From Octopus sinensis (taxonomy: Eukaryota), in the NCBI RefSeq assembly GCF_006345805.1, contig NC_043005.1:79918001-79982000 (forward strand): a DNA stretch of 64,000 nt, written 5' to 3'. A program made the translations under genes and the position numbers. Positions 39,491 to 52,434 of the stretch are shown here, piece after piece; the first letter of the stretch is position 1, and each line of letters starts with the position of its first letter. Under the pieces are notes generated by a model that did no database searches, was not told the origin of the DNA, and saw only the letters and a program-made list of their open reading frames with translations.

Positions 39491-40387
39491 GTACAGTGTT
39501 ACTACTTGGTGATACCTCTTCATAACTCGGTGAACTATGATATTTAAGAGTTAAAGCCTGTTGGCCAGCGCCGAGGCATAATTGACGTTAACAGGATACG
39601 AAACATCTGCTTCGTTCGATATTCTATCAACGCAGCCATCTGTTCTCTCTGTGGTGTTGAAATATAAATGCATAGAAATTAAGCATAAGTCCATTTTAAT
39701 TTCCTTAGCATTCAGAGAATAAAACTCATTCTTCCCGTTTATATTTGATTCATATTTGATCAATGAATTCTATTTCTTTTTATATACTATTTTACTCTTT
39801 CTCGTTTTCTTTTCCAACGCCATAATTGACAATTTATCAAGAATAATAAACAGAAACATTCTCATTTCTGTGGAACTCTTATAACATATAAATTCATTGA
39901 TTTCTAAAGCAGTTCGGTGACGCTATATTTAACAAGTAATTCGCCGACTTTCAGCAAGAATCTAGCTACATTTAATTTCCCTTTGATTTTTGCATTATGG
40001 TCAAATGTTAAACTCTCTATGAAAGTTTCACTGAAAGCTGAAATATATTTTCATTTATCAAATTGACAGAAGACCAAAAACGGTCGAACTTTTTCTTTTA
40101 GACTCTTGCTAATTTAAAAGATTTCATATGAACCCACTATTTCCATAATATCCTCAAAAGCAAAAGCTGCTTTGTTGATGACATTATTGTGATTTCCTCT
40201 TAATATTTTATATAGTATGATTTAAAGACGACTCCTGCGCTTCTTACAACGCTCACGTTGTTCACATTACAATTTTAATAACATATCAGTTTGGATAATA
40301 GAATATACCGTAGTTACATATTTTATTTGTAATTCAAACAGCTATTTTTAAGGCTACTCTATAGCCATTCCTTCTTGTTCTCATTCT

Positions 40388-40388
40388 C

Positions 40389-40458
<70 letters not shown>

Positions 40459-40460
40459 TA

Positions 40461-40515
<55 letters not shown>
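40388..40515. repeat. (AAT)n microsatellite
   Basis: Direct reading. Confidence 0.95.
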
Positions 40516-40516
<1 letters not shown>

Positions 40517-42040
40517 TCCAGTTTTCTGCAAATTCTTTTCAGCATTTATGTTTCTCTGATAAGAAATATTCAGTTCGTGAATTGAATTTATTTCCAGGCT
40601 TTAGTGGATAACAAAATAAATCTTCCCCACCTCGCACCGCCATTTCAGCCACTATCTTTTTTTTATGTAATTTTCGGTTTTACGTCTAATGGGAGAACTT
40701 AAATAAACTAATGCGTTTCGTGTATTTCAAAATCACGATCTCATTATGTATTGTAATAGTGACACTTCACGTCTGTTCAAAGTAGATTTTTCTCTAAATT
40801 ACTTTCGATTCCGAAATATTTTCTTGAAATAAATGTGTTCTGCTTCTGTTCAAATTCGGAATTGATAAAATGATTCCGTGATTTCTTTTACTTTGCTGAG
40901 AAGATAACAAAGTCTTCAATACTTTCTAAAATAACCGACCTGTACAGACAGAAGAGCTAAGAATTGTAAGCAAAGGGGTTCCAATGAAATAAAATACACC
41001 GAATCATCCACTTTCAGTGAATGGCGTACTCTAACCCAATGGAGTTTAAATTTGACAAAAGTTCACAAATATGAAGTTTTGGTGCTGAATTGATTAAATC
41101 TACCCCAAGATTTTAATGTTACTTATTTTTATCTATCATTCTTGAATCAGTTGTAAGTAGTATCCTGACGAGATCTAAACCTAGCTAAGCACTGCAAAAA
41201 TATCTAATTCAATACTGGTGATAAAAATCTCTCGGGAGGGTTGAACAGCAGTATGTCTTCTGAGAAGAAACCCCGTTTCAAGTAAGTATATCGCCCTTAA
41301 CTTCTTCGACTCTAAGGAGACCGGTCCACATCCAGGTCTTGACTCCTGGCTGCTCTTTTGTTGATACTTCTTAGCTACTTCCATAATCAGACTTTAAGCT
41401 GTACATTTAAGCTGTATGGAGATTTGACTAGATCTAACTGGAACTCCACTCCATTGCTTCTGCTTTCAAACTTATCTTTCTTGGATTTAGAAATAACGTT
41501 GGTAGTCATGGCAGCCGTGAAACATCAAATGTCAACACTTCCACCACGAAGACAACTATGGCAGAAACATGCCCAAAGCGCCGTGATGTGGGGTGGAACC
41601 ATGTAGTTTACAAATCAAGTTTTTTAACCTCACAGTAATGCCTTCGCCTACATATGAGTTTTACAGTATTGAATTATAGCTGCATCCCTGTCATATTTTC
41701 TTCTGAAATATTTGCCATAATGTACTATAATACAAGGAGTGCTTCATCAAGTTAATTACTTAGTCAATGACAACGAATGAATAATTTCAGATAGAGGTGT
41801 AGCTATTATGTCGCCGATAAGGTCTTTGCATAGCAGTTAGTGTTTCCTGCCACCATACACCATGCCGTCACTGCACAGCAAGAGCCTTCTACTATACTCT
41901 CGGCGTAACCAGTAATTTATTTCAGAAGAATTTCCTAGACGGTGACTGTGCGTAATATGTTAGTATGCATGTGTATAATACATTCAAGTATACATACACA
42001 TATGCATACATTCAAACATACGTACACACACACACACACC

Positions 42041-42125
<85 letters not shown>

Positions 42126-42234
42126 TGTTAATCATGTGGTTGTAGTAGATACATGATTCTGGTGACATGCAAGGACACAGAAATCATGATTTAGCAGTTC
42201 CATCACCGATCATGGACGCTTTTCGTTTGCTAAT

Positions 42235-42445
42235 CCCCAAAAAACGAAGAACAAGCACAAAAGAAACAACAACTCGATGACGTGGTACATGTAAAGTATT
42301 AGCAGACGCTCAGGGAACGAAAGAAAGGTGGTTTAACATTTCGAGTAAAGCTCTTCTTCAGAAAAAGAGAAAAGTCCAATGGAAAAGGAAGATGGAGGAA
42401 AAACAAAATTGCCAACGATTCACATGTGGTTACATATACACACAT
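42235..42445 (-). mobile_element. PLE terminal repeat (same family as 55408-55622) with hammerhead motif at 42332-42364
   Basis: The minus strand reads TTT-CTGAAGA-A-GAG-CTTTA-CTC-GAAAT-GTT-AAA. The flanks align with the reverse complement of 55408-55622. Confidence 0.6.
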
Positions 42446-42490
42446 AACATACATATATATATCTAATATATATATATATATATTAGATAT

Positions 42491-42535
<45 letters not shown>

Positions 42536-42552
42536 GTATATTATATATCTAT

Positions 42553-42630
<78 letters not shown>

Positions 42631-43149
42631 TGTGTATGAGTGTGTACTAGTCAAAGAGATTCCAACATAGATTATATATCATTGTATTATTTACTTTATG
42701 TAGTCTCAATGACTTTCATGTTTTACAACATCTGGTAAATATTTACATACCAATACTAAGAATAACTAGGCAGCTTTGCTGTGTAGTTAAACATAGATAA
42801 TCCATAATATACTTTCAGCTTCACAACAGTTTATGTGTAAATGCTAATTTTGTAGATCATATTATATTGAAGATAATTATATTTTGTCGATCCAGAAATG
42901 CTTTGAATTTGAACAATAAACTTAACATGAATTTATTAAATTGACAGGAATTTATAAAATTCAAATTTTTTAAAAATCCTGCAGCAAGATTTCAAATGAA
43001 TACTCAGTGGGATCTTTATGCCACTTAGGTGAATACTTTGCCGTTGATATACTCGCATGCGTCCATTTTTTCATTGTCTGGTAAATTTATGTTTTCAAAT
43101 GTACAGGCATTTAATATGCTTAAGCCATTTTCTCGTTTTAATCTCCGGC

Positions 43150-43674
43150 GTGACTGTGTAGTAAAGAGCTTGCTTTCCACCTACACGTTTCCGGGTTCAC
43201 TCCCACTGCGTGACACATTGGTCAAGTGTATTCTGCTATAGCCTCGGGCCGAACAAAGCCTTGTGAATGGATTTGGTATACGTAAACAGAAAGAAGCCCA
43301 TTGTATATATATGTATGTATGTATGTATATATACATACACACACACACATATATATATTTTTGTTGGCATGCTTTTTGTCTCGGGAGACAATGGAGTTGC
43401 GCATAAAGTAGTCTAGTCGGGCTTTTACATTTCATATCCTAATACATTTCCTGCTGTGGCTGTGTAGTCCTATCCTGGACAAACACTACCTCTGGCAGGT
43501 ACCGCAAATGTAGCGAAGACTGTTCCTGGCTGGTTGTAATTCCATAGTTTCTTGTTGACGTCTTTTCTTGTCTTTCCATTTCTCCTCTCTCTCTCTGTCA
43601 CTCCTTTGTATTCCCTCTTTTACGGTACGTCCAGTCTCCACACGTTGCCGGCAACTGCCTCCCAACCGCTAATA

Positions 43675-43746
<72 letters not shown>

Positions 43747-43970
43747 ATATGTTTGTGTGTCTGTGTTTATCCCCCGCCCCACCATCGTTTGACAACTGAT
43801 GTTGATGTGTTTACGTCTCCGTAACGTAACGCAAAAAGCGACCGATAGAATAAGTACTAGGCTTATAAAGAATAAGTCCTGGGTCTATTTCATCGATAAA
43901 AGGCAGTGCTCCAGCATGGTCGCAGTCAAAGCACTGAAACAAGTAAAAGAATATGAAAGAATAAAAGAAT
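43150..43970 (+). mobile_element. Family-B SINE split by an insertion in its internal microsatellite
   Basis: The 5' half is at 43150-43330 and the 3' half at 43745-43970. About 300 bp of unrelated sequence plus (TA)n lies between them. Confidence 0.7.
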
Positions 43971-44496
43971 ATATGCATTTGTTAGTAGATTTATTTCGAT
44001 CTGAGTTGTGATATTAACCAGATCGTGTAGATTGACACGAAACACAGATTGTCACCACTCGTAGATATTGGAAAGCTTTTACGGTTGTTCTTTAGAATAA
44101 ACTTTACTTTGTCAACAATTTTTGATGATATAAATGCTTGAGTAAAATGACAGACAAAGTCCAAACGATTTCTACTTGAACAAAAATACCCAACCTTTTT
44201 TATGCAAAATAGTATATACCGCGCAAAACAAACTCTCACAGAAAAACGTTGAGCTAGTGAATAGTCCCACGCAACAGGATATAGAATTTTTGTGATAAAA
44301 ATTATCCAAGTAACCAGAATATTTTAGAATGGTTGTATACTGTCAATCTAACAAGAACGTGACAGTAGGAGGTACACCACCGCTGTATAGCCCTAGGAAG
44401 CATCGAACGCCTCCTGATGGCTTTGACACATTTTTCCCTGTGTCCTTATATACATTTATGAAGGGGAGACAAACACCCCCGGCTGCCGGAACTGCA

Positions 44497-44541
44497 TCTA
44501 GGGACACGTGTTTCAGGATCGTTGTCCTTCATCGGCCTAGA
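44497..44541 (-). ncRNA. Type-I hammerhead ribozyme motif, CCGAUGA core variant
   Basis: TCTAGG-CCGATGA-AGGA-CAACGA-TCCT-GAAA-CACGTG-TC-CCTAGA gives a 6-bp stem I, a 4-bp stem II, a palindromic ACACGTGT stem III and a GUC triplet. Confidence 0.7.
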
Positions 44542-44785
44542 GTAGCAGACACCAGTCAGCCGGTGATATTTGCCTCGACTTCGTATTTGTATATATCTAT
44601 ATTCAGTGAAGTCTATTCACTGATTATCAAAATAAGAAATATTGAATTTCTAAATCTCTCGTAGAGACATGTACGGTGGTGGGGCGATAGAATGGTTGTA
44701 TACTGTCAATCTAACAATCACTGAATATAGATATATACAAATACGAAGTCGAGGCAAATATCACCGGCTGACCGGTGTCTGCTAC

Positions 44786-44830
44786 TCTAGGCCGATGAAG
44801 GACAACGATCCTGAAACACGTGTCCCTAGA
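44786..44830 (+). ncRNA. Type-I hammerhead ribozyme motif, CCGAUGA core variant (inverted twin of 44497-44541)
   Basis: Identical motif on the plus strand. Stem I can extend via CTGC.../...GCAG. Confidence 0.7.
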
Positions 44831-45189
44831 TGCAGTTCCGGCAGCCGGGGGTGTTTGTCTCCCCTTCGTAAATGTATATAAGGACACAGGGGAAATGTGT
44901 CAAAGCCATCAGGAGGCGTTCGATGCTTCCTATGGCTATACAGCGGTAGTGTACCCCCTACTGTCACGTTCTTGTTAGATTGACAGTATACATCCATTCT
45001 ATCGCCCCACCACCGTACATGTCTCTACGAGAGATTTAGAAATTCAATATTTCTTACAGAATATTTTAGTATCACTAAATCAAATTTCTCGCATTGTTCA
45101 AATTAATAACTTAAAAGTTGCAATTACAAAAAAAAAAAAAAATTCAATACAAACGACAACCCCAAATTTTGAAATGCTTAGTTATTAGA

Positions 45190-45340
45190 AATTCTTTATT
45201 AGAACGCACCCGAGTATACCGTCAGCAAATCAGGGATCATCATGTCAGACTAATTACACTAAGCAGACATTTGGAAATATGCTACAATAATTTTTTTATG
45301 TATATTTTCATCTTATGGCTTTATGGATTCAAAGTAATCT
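45190..45340 (+). pseudogene. PLE GIY-YIG endonuclease remnant
   Basis: LLERTRVYRQQIRDHHVRLITLSRHLEIC resembles the PLE GIY-YIG segment (L..R...H.Q.I......LS.H...C). Confidence 0.55.
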
Positions 45341-45959
45341 AAAATAAATGCAAAAGAGAAATTTTCATTCAGAAAAATCAAAGTAATTCTAAATGACAAT
45401 GATATCAATTCATTTGGTCTCAATATAACATTCACTAAGAAATTCTTGCACAGCTAGAATATTTTATAGACTTTCGTTTTAGATACACTGTAACGAAAGT
45501 TAGTTATAGTCTTATGTAAACATTTGCATAACTGTTGTTATAAAACCAGAAAGTACTTGGGAAGATGCAAATATATAATTGAAAAATAAAATCTGAAAAT
45601 CCGGCTAGGTTTGAATTTCATTGAATAATGTATTACCATGCATAGCCTAACAATCTGTAAAGTGTATGTGTTGGAGTAGTGCATATGCTTCAGCGCGTAT
45701 GTGAGCGTGAGATCATTGTGTATGTATAGTTGATATATCCAATACATTCACATTCACATATTTATACTAAACAATCTGTCCTTAGTAATTTGTCTTGAAT
45801 AATACTAGACCTGACCACAAGATTGACACGAAACCACAAAATCATCTTAATTAAAAAAAATCATCGTAATTAAAAATTCATATTAATTACAAAAACAAAA
45901 AGTGTTGCTATATATATACAGACACTCCAACCAGCCATTTTCAATAACGTTGTTAGCAA

Positions 45960-46665
45960 CAGAAAGTACAGAGCTAAAGCTTTAATCACCGAACTAGAAT
46001 TATTCTACAATGAACCATAAAAATTGGTGAGTTCGAAAAAATGTATATACCCAAAATCAGAACCATGAACCGTAAATTAACAAAATCTAGAACATCAGTG
46101 GACACTTGAATCAACTTTCCCTTCGTCATTAACGTAACAACAAATGATTCAAAGAACTTACTAATATAAATCACTAGATATTTGTTAACTAACAATAGAT
46201 GTGATGATAGGAATCCAAATTAACACGATGAAGTTAGTTAAAACTTCATTAAAATCATATAATATCGTCCAAGCCATATCAAATCATTGACCTTGAATAC
46301 ACACCTACACACCAAAAACGGATGTGATACCAACGAATTAGAATCTTTAAGTGTGAATAGGCTGTGAAAGGAAATAATCTACAAGACAAAATGATTGAAT
46401 AACTGACTAAACAAGCAGATACAAAAACCTACATTTAATAAACAAAAAAAATGTCAACACCATATGCATTGAATACATACGTGTCTTTCATAAAATTTAC
46501 GAAAAATGTATGATGATTCCACTTCCTCAACGTATATTTGGGATTTGAAGGAAAATATTTAAAATAGAAATATAAAGAGGATTATGATAGACATTGCCAT
46601 TTTCCCCATAAATGGATCCATGATATAGTCTATACAAAGCCCTCAAATTAGTAAAACAATTCTGC
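45960..46665 (+). pseudogene. Highly decayed PLE ORF C-terminus (linker and GIY-YIG)
   Basis: Motifs across stops: IIYK, MYDDSTSSTYIWDLK (cf. ST.LS.YIW.LK), NGS and KTILQN. The region directly abuts a PLE terminal repeat. Confidence 0.55.
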
Positions 46666-46671
46666 AGAATA

Positions 46672-46950
46672 CAGTTCTATATTTAAGAGATGAGGAATTA
46701 TGTACATTATTTACATTATTTTCATTAGTTACATTTGACGGATATTCGTCCTCATCTTGTTTGCTGTTAACACAACGTTTCGGCTGATATAACTTCCAGT
46801 CTTCATCGGGTGTCTTGGGGGAAATTTCGAACCTGGGTTCTCATTTCTAAGGTATTTTTCGGGCATATGACGTAGTGGTTAAGAGCACAGGCTACTAACC
46901 CCAAGATTCCTAGTTCGATACCAGGCAGTGACCTGAATAATAATAATAAC

Positions 46951-47026
<76 letters not shown>

Positions 47027-47200
47027 CAACAACAACAACAACAACAACAGCAGCAGCAGCAGCATGTAAAAATACTTTACGAATGGGAACCCAGGTTCGA
47101 AATTTCCTCAAGATACATGATGAAGGCTGGAGGGTATGTCAGCCGAGTCGTTGTGTTAACAACAAACAATATTCGTCAAATGTAAATAGTGTAAATAATT
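46672..47200. mobile_element. Inverted pair of PLE terminal repeats (46672-46860 and 47065-47200) flanking a tRNA-like head and an (AAT)(AAC)(CAG) tract
   Basis: 47065-47200 is the reverse complement of about 46720-46860. A hammerhead motif lies at 46769-46814 (-) with a CCGATGA core and one stem II mismatch. The 47112-47157 (+) copy has a mutated core (ATGATGA...GAGTC). Confidence 0.8.
46860..46935 (+). pseudogene. tRNA-like sequence / short SINE head with (AAT)n tail
   Basis: A-box TGACGTAGTGG and B-box GTTCGATACC are present, but the acceptor and anticodon stems do not pair. It is followed by (AAT)n(AAC)n. Confidence 0.6.
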
Positions 47201-47368
47201 ACGCAGAAAATAACTTATTAAAGTAAAAAACATGAGATGATATGTTGCAGATTTAAAAACAAAAGAAATAGACAGAAAAAGTATTTCATCTGAATAAGCG
47301 TTATATTCCACATTTTGTTCTGAATAGTCTCATCCACTTTCATCGACAAACAATATCATTTGAATATA

Positions 47369-47600
47369 TATTTCTTTATTGCCCACAAGGGGCTAAACAC
47401 AGAGGGGACAAACAAGGACAGACAAAGCGATTAAGTCGATTCCATCGACCCCATTGCATAACTGGTACTTAATTTATCGACCCCCAAGGGATGAAAGGCA
47501 AAGTCGACCTCGGCGGAATTTGAACTCAGAACGTAACGGCAGACGAAATACGGCTTCGTATTTCGCCCGGCGTGCCAACGTTTCTGCCAGCTCGCCGCCT
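47369..47600 (-). mobile_element. Family-A SINE, full length
   Basis: Same as 20270-20501. Confidence 0.9.
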
Positions 47601-48609
47601 TATATCGTTTGAATATAGGTAATACTTATATATGCATGAATGTACGTTTTATGTATGCTTACACACACACACACACACACACACATTCGAAGATTTTTTT
47701 ATCAAACACATGCCTGAAAATCCACACGTATCCGCAGAGTTTTTACAATTACATACAAGAAGAATGAAAGTGAGCGAGTCCTTTTATTACATCAATTTAG
47801 AATTGTTTCATTGAAATTCGAGTTGCTTTCGAGTTTATTTGTGGCGACTCGAAACGCTTCTCCTGTGAGCGTTTGCACTTCACATTGTTATAGACGATCC
47901 AATTTTCGTACCCTGATACCATTTATTTTTTAAAAAGGGGGTCGTTTTCTTCATGTTACTCTAACGAATCCCAGATACAAATTCATTGGGAGAGCATAAC
48001 CTCATTTGATTGAAATATGAAACCTGCAGATGTTACCAAGTTGATGCGATGTAATTAGCTTTGAACACTCGATCAATATATTTGGGGAATATCTACACTC
48101 ACCTTGTATAACGGGGATTTGTGTTAAGGTTAACATTAGTTAACCAGCCAGACCAAGGGGTGTCTCGAAAGGAAAGGTTTACCAGTCAAAATCTTAAAAA
48201 CCATTCCTGGCACATACGTTCTATGACAGTATCTTCTCTGTATACAATACAGGTTGTCATTTTTGCTTATTTTTGTAAATAGAGAAAGTAAGAGCTGTCG
48301 GTAATGTTTGTTTTGGTTCTCTATTTTCAAGGTGATCCCAAGCATACAAAATACAAGCTGTCAAGTCGCGAGTTCGCGGCGAACTATATTGAGGAGTTAA
48401 GATTTAACGAGTGCGCAAGAGTCGGACTGAAGTTAGCTGCGACAAAAACTGAACGGACATTTTGGCCAACCTATTACATTGAGTTAAATATCCTTTGGGT
48501 AAAAATAAGATGAAAGGCTCGAGTCCTTCGGGTAAACTTGAAAATTTTTTCTATCCATGAGTGTTTTTTTTTTTCAGACCAATATATTAATTACATGACT
48601 TTATTTATA

Positions 48610-48975
48610 AAGTGGCGAGTTGGCAAATTCATTAGCACGCCGGACAAAATGCTTAGCAAACATCTCGCTCGTCTTCACTTTCTGAGTTCAAATTCCGCCG
48701 AGGTCGACTTTGCTTTCATCCTTTCGGATTCGATAAAGTAAGTACCAGTTCATCATTGGGATCGATATAATCTCTCCTAAAACTTCTGGCCTTGTAACAA
48801 AATTTGAATTCATAAGGCGATAAGCTGGCTGAATCGTTAACGCGCCGGACAAAATACTTAGCGGCATTTCGTCCGTTTTGTTCTAATTTCGCATTCCACT
48901 GAGAGGAGCTTTGCCCTTCGTACTTTCGAGATTGATGAGTACCAATTGAGTTACCATCTCCCCCTTGTGCCTATA
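48610..48975 (+). mobile_element. Two tandem diverged family-A SINEs
   Basis: Heads GTGGCGAGTTGGCA... and GGCGATAAGCTGGCTGAATCGTTA are each followed by B-box and body. Confidence 0.7.
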
Positions 48976-48977
48976 GC

Positions 48978-49256
48978 GTGAAGGCCCATGGCTCAGTGGT
49001 TAGAGCGCCGAGCTTACGATCGTGAGGTTGTGAGTTCGATTCCATGACCGGGCTGCGTGTTGTGTTCTTGAGTAAGACACTTTATTTCACGTTGCTCCAG
49101 TTAACTCAGCTCTAGAAATGAGTTGTGACATCACTGGTGCCAAGCTGTATCGGCCTTTGCCTTTCCCTTGGATAACGTCAGTGGTGTGGAGAGGGGCAAC
49201 GGCTGACCTTCCATAAACAGCTTTGCCCGGACTTGTGCCTCGGAGGGTAACTTTCA
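48978..49256 (+). mobile_element. tRNA-derived CORE-like SINE (family E)
   Basis: Head GGCCCATGGCTCAGTGGTTAGAGCG...GAGTTCGATTCC followed by CORE-like TTCTTGAGTAAGACACTTTATTTCAC...CTCAGCT..AGAAATGAGT. Confidence 0.65.
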
Positions 49257-50688
49257 TGACCAAAGAGGATCTCCCTCCCCTGTACCTATAGTAGAAATCA
49301 CTAGTTATGCCTGTATCTACATCGGACTCACCTTTAAAAGAGTTTAATTCATACCTCAAACTTGTGAATTTTAATGGGGTAAATATATACGTATATACGC
49401 ACATGTGTGTGTGAGTGCAGGTGTATATGTATTATTTGTAGTATCTGAGTGCTTGTTTGTTCATGTGTGTGTAATGTGTGTGATCATATTTCTTCCAGAC
49501 TTTGTGTCTAAGGAAAGTGAGTACGTAATATAATATAATACTGGACAGAACACACTGTATAGTTATTTACAAACAAAAACAAGTCCTTGCTGACCATAAC
49601 TTCCATGACCGCCTTGCTCTCTTCAGTTACATGCTAATATATTTGACAAGTTAGCAAGGGTGTCTCAAAACGGTCAGGCTACTTAGGAATAAACACTAAA
49701 TAATCTCCCTCAAGCTGCACTTTCCTCTCCTGTTAAATATATACGTGTATTTAAGAACTGATCGGATAATATGTGTAGTGAGCACTCGTCCAGAGAAACA
49801 AACGGAATGGACATAGCTGGAACGCATTTGACGACATATTGGTGCCATCAAGTCTTGTTTACCTTTAGATCAGCCCTAACCAAGCAGGCCTGTGATCAAG
49901 GACCAATACCGATGCACAAGTATTACCTTGTAAATCGGACACCCTTTTTAGACACAAGATATAATACAAACCTAGAGATACAAAGAACCGATATCCAAGA
50001 AGAATTTCAGAGGTCGAAAGAGGGACCTGAAAATCCAAAAAAGGTCCTGGCAATCCAGAGAGAGACTTGGCGATCCAAACAAGGGCTCGGAGATATATGA
50101 ATAGGTCTATAGGTTCAATAAGGATCACAGAGAATTAAAGAGTGGCTTTCAGATGCAAGGATAGACATGAAGATCCAAAGAGTGTCACGAAGATAAAGAG
50201 CATGAGCCTCGAAGTCCGAAAGAGGACCGTGACGAATAAGAATTGACACAAAGATAAAAACAGTGGCCTGAAGATCGAAGAAAGTGACTGGATGTTTAAG
50301 TCTAGGAAAAAAAAACACAAAAAAACCGAAGACTCAAAGAGGGGACCTTTAGTCTAAAGAAAGGTGCTGGAGTCCAATGTGTTTCAAGGAATGATCCTGT
50401 GAATTTATGACGGACACAGGTTCATACATACATACACACATACATACATACATACACACATACATACATACACACATACATACATACATAGATACACGCA
50501 CACACATACATACATACATACATATATGCATGCATACATACACGCACATACATACATACATACATACATACAATACATATCTTTTGTTTTACTTGTTTGA
50601 GTCCTTAGACTGCAGCTATGCTGGGGCACGGCGACGTAAAAGGAAGTAACTCCGGCTGTCAAGCGGTAGTGGATGACAAACACAGATA

Positions 50689-50757
<69 letters not shown>

Positions 50758-50939
50758 ATCTTTTATTCTCTGCGGCCGTGCTGAAATACCGCCTGAAAGA
50801 TTGTTAGTCGAAAAAACTGACCGCAAGATTTTGTAATCCAAGGACTTATTCTATCGTCTTTTTTGACGAACCGCTATATTACGGGGACAAAAACTCACAA
50901 CCACACTTGCACCTATGTCACACCTGCTCATATATATAT

Positions 50940-50980
<41 letters not shown>

Positions 50981-50984
<4 letters not shown>

Positions 50985-51422
50985 TCAATAAAGGATTCAG
51001 CAAAGATTTGCTTCACACACACCGAACTTTAGAAATAGCAGCCAAAAATTTTAGCTATTTCTTCTACTTTAAAAAGGGACTCCTAGAGAAACCAAATACT
51101 TGAAGATTATTCACACAAGCAGAGAGTAAAGCAGCGAAAATCAATCAATATCTGGTCATCCATGGACGCGCGTTTCGGAATTAGGTTTTGCATAAAGAAT
51201 ATAAAATTATAAAACCTAATTCCGAAACGCGCGTCCATGGATGACCAGTTATTGATTGATTTTCGCTGCTTTACTCTCTGCCTGTGTGAATAATCTTCAA
51301 GTATTTTGGTTTCTCTAGGAGTCCCTTTTTAAAGTAGAAGAAATAGCTAAAAACTTTGGCTGCTATTTCTAAAGTTCGGTGTGTGGTGAAGCAAATCTTT
51401 GCTGAACCCTTTTATTAAGTAT
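50981..51422. repeat. Fold-back inverted repeat (arms about 210 bp, 21-nt spacer), PLE terminus
   Basis: 50981-51189 is the reverse complement of 51211-51422 with few differences. The right arm continues to about 51500 and matches 29190-29500. It carries the hammerhead 3' half CCGAAACGCGCGTC. Confidence 0.9.
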
Positions 51423-51525
51423 TACTTAAGTTTACCGTGAAATGGTCCTTTTTCATACCGAATTCTATTTGCTGAAATTATTGATTACTTCTTAATTAAT
51501 TAATTTTACCCTTGTATTATTATAT

Positions 51526-51569
<44 letters not shown>

Positions 51570-51619
51570 GTACACACACAATGTGTATATGAGTGTGCGT
51601 GTGTGAGTGTGTGTATGCA

Positions 51620-51657
<38 letters not shown>

Positions 51658-52240
51658 TAACACTGCATCATTGTATTTATATGACGTTTAGGGTGCCATC
51701 TCCAGACATCCGGCTGCTCTTTCTTGCGATCAAGCCTCAAATAAAAGTCGCACTTGTCGGATTATTAATAAGTAAATGATAGCCTGAACTCACGTTTAAA
51801 ATGTCTGTCGGGGGTCATCGTCGCGTAATTTCAATTGAATCCTTTACATACAGATCATATAACAACCTTCCGTTTATTGCCTTTGTTTTATGATATCAAT
51901 TTTCTTAATACAGCTGTCAAAGGTGGATTCGTATGACGCTAATGACAGGACAGATAGTCGCCGACGAGACATTTCGCTACTTCACTGTTGGTGTTGTTTA
52001 ATGGGTGTCGGGTTTAGAGATTATTCTGTCTCTTTTTGTCATCCTCTCTTTATATTTACATGCATGCACACACACGCACTCAGATACGAACACACGCACA
52101 CACACATACACACACACATCCATACATAGGCATGAATATGTATGCTATACATATATATACGTATATGTATATACATATGTATATACATATATATAATATA
52201 CACGTATACAAACACAACTATATATTCATTCAATAATAAC

Positions 52241-52280
<40 letters not shown>

Positions 52281-52434
52281 TGTATATGTTATATATATAT
52301 CACATATAATATATATATATATTATAATATATAATATTATATATATATATATACTTATATATACTTATATATATATATATGTATATATATATTGTATGTG
52401 TATATATATATATATATATATCTATATACTTTAT

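Larger units (their letters stand above)
44325..45056. mobile_element. Nested fold-back PLE terminal structure A-B-A'-B'
   Basis: 44325-44609 is the reverse complement of 44718-45001 (about 6 substitutions). 44633-44717 is the reverse complement of about 44972-45056. Confidence 0.9.

Noticed and set aside
40170-40200. FVDDII, resembling an RT catalytic motif
   Set aside because: The surrounding frames contain stops and I cannot recover the neighbouring RT motifs.
41250-41290. Possible first coding exon (ATG TCT TCT GAG AAG AAA CCC CGT TTC AA|GTAAGT)
   Set aside because: It is a very short ORF plus a donor-like site with no recognisable homology or downstream exon. Chance occurrence is likely; RNA-seq would be needed.
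46860-46935. Functional tRNA gene (apparent anticodon ACT)
   Set aside because: The acceptor stem does not pair, the T-stem has a mismatch, and it is followed by a microsatellite tail. It is better explained as a SINE head or pseudogene.
49771-50330. Purine-rich stretch with short charged ORFs
   Set aside because: There are stops in all frames and no recognisable domain or splice structure. It may be a decayed TE, but I cannot support a call.
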